In this document: positions 61,541 through 64,000 of the stretch, piece after piece | Position numbering within the stretch: the stretch's first letter is position 1 | Layout of the letters: every line of letters starts with the position of its first letter | Assembly (NCBI GenBank): GCA_024679065.1 | Contig: JAGIQG010000040.1 | Location: 682,001 to 746,000, forward strand | Origin: Sphyrna mokarran | Lineage: Eukaryota | Direction: 5' to 3' | Length of the DNA: 64,000 bases | The notes under the pieces: generated by a model | Told to the model about the DNA's origin: nothing | Databases searched by the model: none | Seen by the model: only the letters and a program-made list of their open reading frames with translations | Program-made: the position numbers and the translations under genes

Positions 61541-64000
61541 GGGCTGATGGTAAATCCAGAGCTGCCCAAAGAGAAGATTGAAATAGCTGCCAAAACATTT
61601 CTTTCAATTTGTATATTATGAAGCAGCTTCCTGAAATCAGGACATGATTTCGCATTAATTGTGAAGATTTTATATTCAACTTAAATGTTGATTAAAACAG
61701 AAACAAAATCATACTTAAACACAACAATATGTTCACAGTTAGCAGTACTTTTTAATAGTTTCAGAAAGATCTTGGGTGTACCGAGACACAAAGCTAACTT
61801 TCCATTTTCTGATGTCCTTTTGGATATTTAAATCTGTGGAATTCCAGTAATTTCCCCACACAATGCCCTGTGGTTCTTGGTGTTCTCTCTGACTGTCACA
61901 GCGAAATGTTTTTCCAGGTCTAATCCCATCTGTGCAATGTTTTCTTTTAGCTGTTACCATCTACCACACCATATGCTTGGGGAGATTAACAGCTCCCACA
62001 CTGATCTACTTGGAGATCTAACACCCTTACACAGCCTTCAGTATTTTCTTCAATGTGATCCTTCCCTTTCGTCTCCCTGTTCTGTATTTTTTCATGCAGT
62101 CTATCAGAAGTTTCCCTTTGCCCAGAACTGATTCATTTCCATAACTCTATCGCTCTGATATTTTAAACAGTAAACTTACCTTATCTTTGTCTCACTTTCT
62201 TCCAATTTTACAACCTTAATTTGATTTGATTTATTATTGTCACATGTATTGGAATACAGTCAAAAGTATTGTTTCTTGCGCAGTATACAGACAAAGCACA
62301 CTGTTCGTAAAGACAGAAATGATAAAGTGTAGAGTGTAGTGTTACAGTCACAGCGAGGGGTGTAGAGGAAGATCAACTTAATGCGAGGTGGGTCCATTCA
62401 AAAGTCTGACAGCAGCAGGGAAGAAGCTGTTCTTGAGTCGGTCGGTGCGGGACCTCGGACTTTTGTATCTTTTTCCCCGACGGAAGAAGGTGGAAGTGAG
62501 AATGTCCGGGGTGTGTGGCATCCTGAATTATGCTGGTTGCTTTTCCCAAGGCAGTAATAGCTAGGGTGCAGAGAAAGCTCAACATAGTGTAAGATCGGTC
62601 TATTTAAAAGTCCGACAGCAGCAGGGAAGAAGCTGTTCTTTGTATGTGAGCTCAGACTTCTGTATCTTTTTCCTGAAGGAAGAAAGTGGAACAGAAAATG
62701 CCCAGGATGGATGGGAGGCTGGGGTTTGCGTGATGGGATTGGGGCTACATTCACCAGCCTTTTGTAGTTCCTTGCGGGTCTTGGGGCAGAGCAGGAGCCC
62801 AGACCGAGCTGTGATACAAACCCAGAAAGAATGCTTTCTATGGGGCATCTGTAAAAGTTGGTGAGAAGTTCGTAGCGGACGTGTCAAATTCCCTTAGTCT
62901 TCTGAGAAAGTAGAGGCGTTGGTGGGGCTTTTTTAACTATAGTGTCGGCGTTGGGGGGGGACCAGGACAGAGTGTTTTATGTGTTGAAAACTATTTATTC
63001 TATTCCCCCAGTACACTCTGTTCAATAACATATCAACACCGGTTCTTACTGATGTTTAAATCCTTGCAGTCTCTCTTAATCCAATTACACCAATCACACC
63101 TCCACTAGCCTATTTTCCAATCTGTGAAAAATACGACAGTGTTATTACCAAAAGAAAAATATTATAACCCCTCATCTTCCTGAATCTGTGAATCTGTTTT
63201 AACGTTGTGTAAATGAACCCTTATTTGCATTCTTGAGTGCCAGGCAGTAGTTTGAGTGCAATGGCTGAAGATGTTTTATTAAATAATAATAGCAGTATTA
63301 TCGCAGAATGAAGTAGAAAGAGCATCATATTTATAGGTGCCCAGATCACCAACAACCTGTTCTGATTCATCACCCCCCGTGCCAACACTATAGTTAAGAA
63401 AACCCCACCAACGCCTCTAATTTGACATATCCGCTACGTCTCTCACCAACTTTTACAGATGCCCCATAGAAAGCATCCTTTCTGGGTTTGTATCACAGCT
63501 CGGTCTGGGCTCCTGCTCTGCCCAAGACCAGAAGGAACTACAAAAGGCTGGTGAATGTAGCCCCAATCCATCACCACCCTCCCATCCATTGACTCTGTCT
63601 ACACTTCCTGCTGCCTCGGGGGAAAGCAGCCGGTATAATTAAGGACTCCACACACCCCGGACATTCTCTCTCCCACCTTCTTCCGTCAGGGAAAAAGATA
63701 CAAAAGTCTGAGGTCCCGTACCGACCGACTCAAGAACAGCTTCTTCCCTGCTGCTGTCAGACTTTTGAATGGACCTACTTTACACTATGTTCAGCTTTCT
63801 CTACACCCCTCGCTGTGACTGTAACACTACATTCTGCACCCTCTCCTTTCCTTCTGTATGAATATATAGCACGTAAGAAACAGTACTTTTCACTGTATGG
63901 CAATACATGTGACAGTAATAAATCAAATCAAAGTTACGGCCTGAAATTTAATTAATTAAACCAATTAATTTTATCAAAATTAAGCTCCTACATTTTAAAA

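Noticed and set aside
61739-62131. Short ORFs in unique sequence
   Set aside because: No recognisable domain, stops in most frames and no convincing splice pair.

Overview
Eukaryotic, repeat-rich cartilaginous-fish (shark) genomic DNA. It holds one complete minus-strand immunoglobulin heavy-chain minilocus of IgW (omega) type in cluster organisation: leader (41575-41623), VH (41155-41453, 23-RSS), three D segments (12/23, 12/23, 12/12), one JH (39214-39252), CH1 (29818-30138), a Cys-rich secretory-tail exon (26096-26235), two terminal C exons (CH5-like 20162-20482; CH6-like with tailpiece 19623-20005), and TM1 (17184-17326) / TM2 (13362-13373). The middle of the constant region is gutted: CH2 survives only as a truncated, frameshifted, donor-dead remnant, one more exon only as a ~52-bp 3' stub, and I found no CH3/CH4-like exon. 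Every other exon is intact and phase-compatible, which predicts a shortened VH-CH1-CH5-CH6 IgW chain. About 19 kb upstream of VH, a 49-bp tandem array carries a 12-spacer RSS-like motif in each unit. The rest is CR1-, L2-like and Rex1-like LINE fragments, V-SINEs, Penelope-derived palindromes, a Gypsy fragment, minisatellites and N-gaps. Exon and RSS coordinates were read base by base; repeat boundaries are approximate; isotype and domain numbering come from recalled similarity to shark IgW, not a database search.
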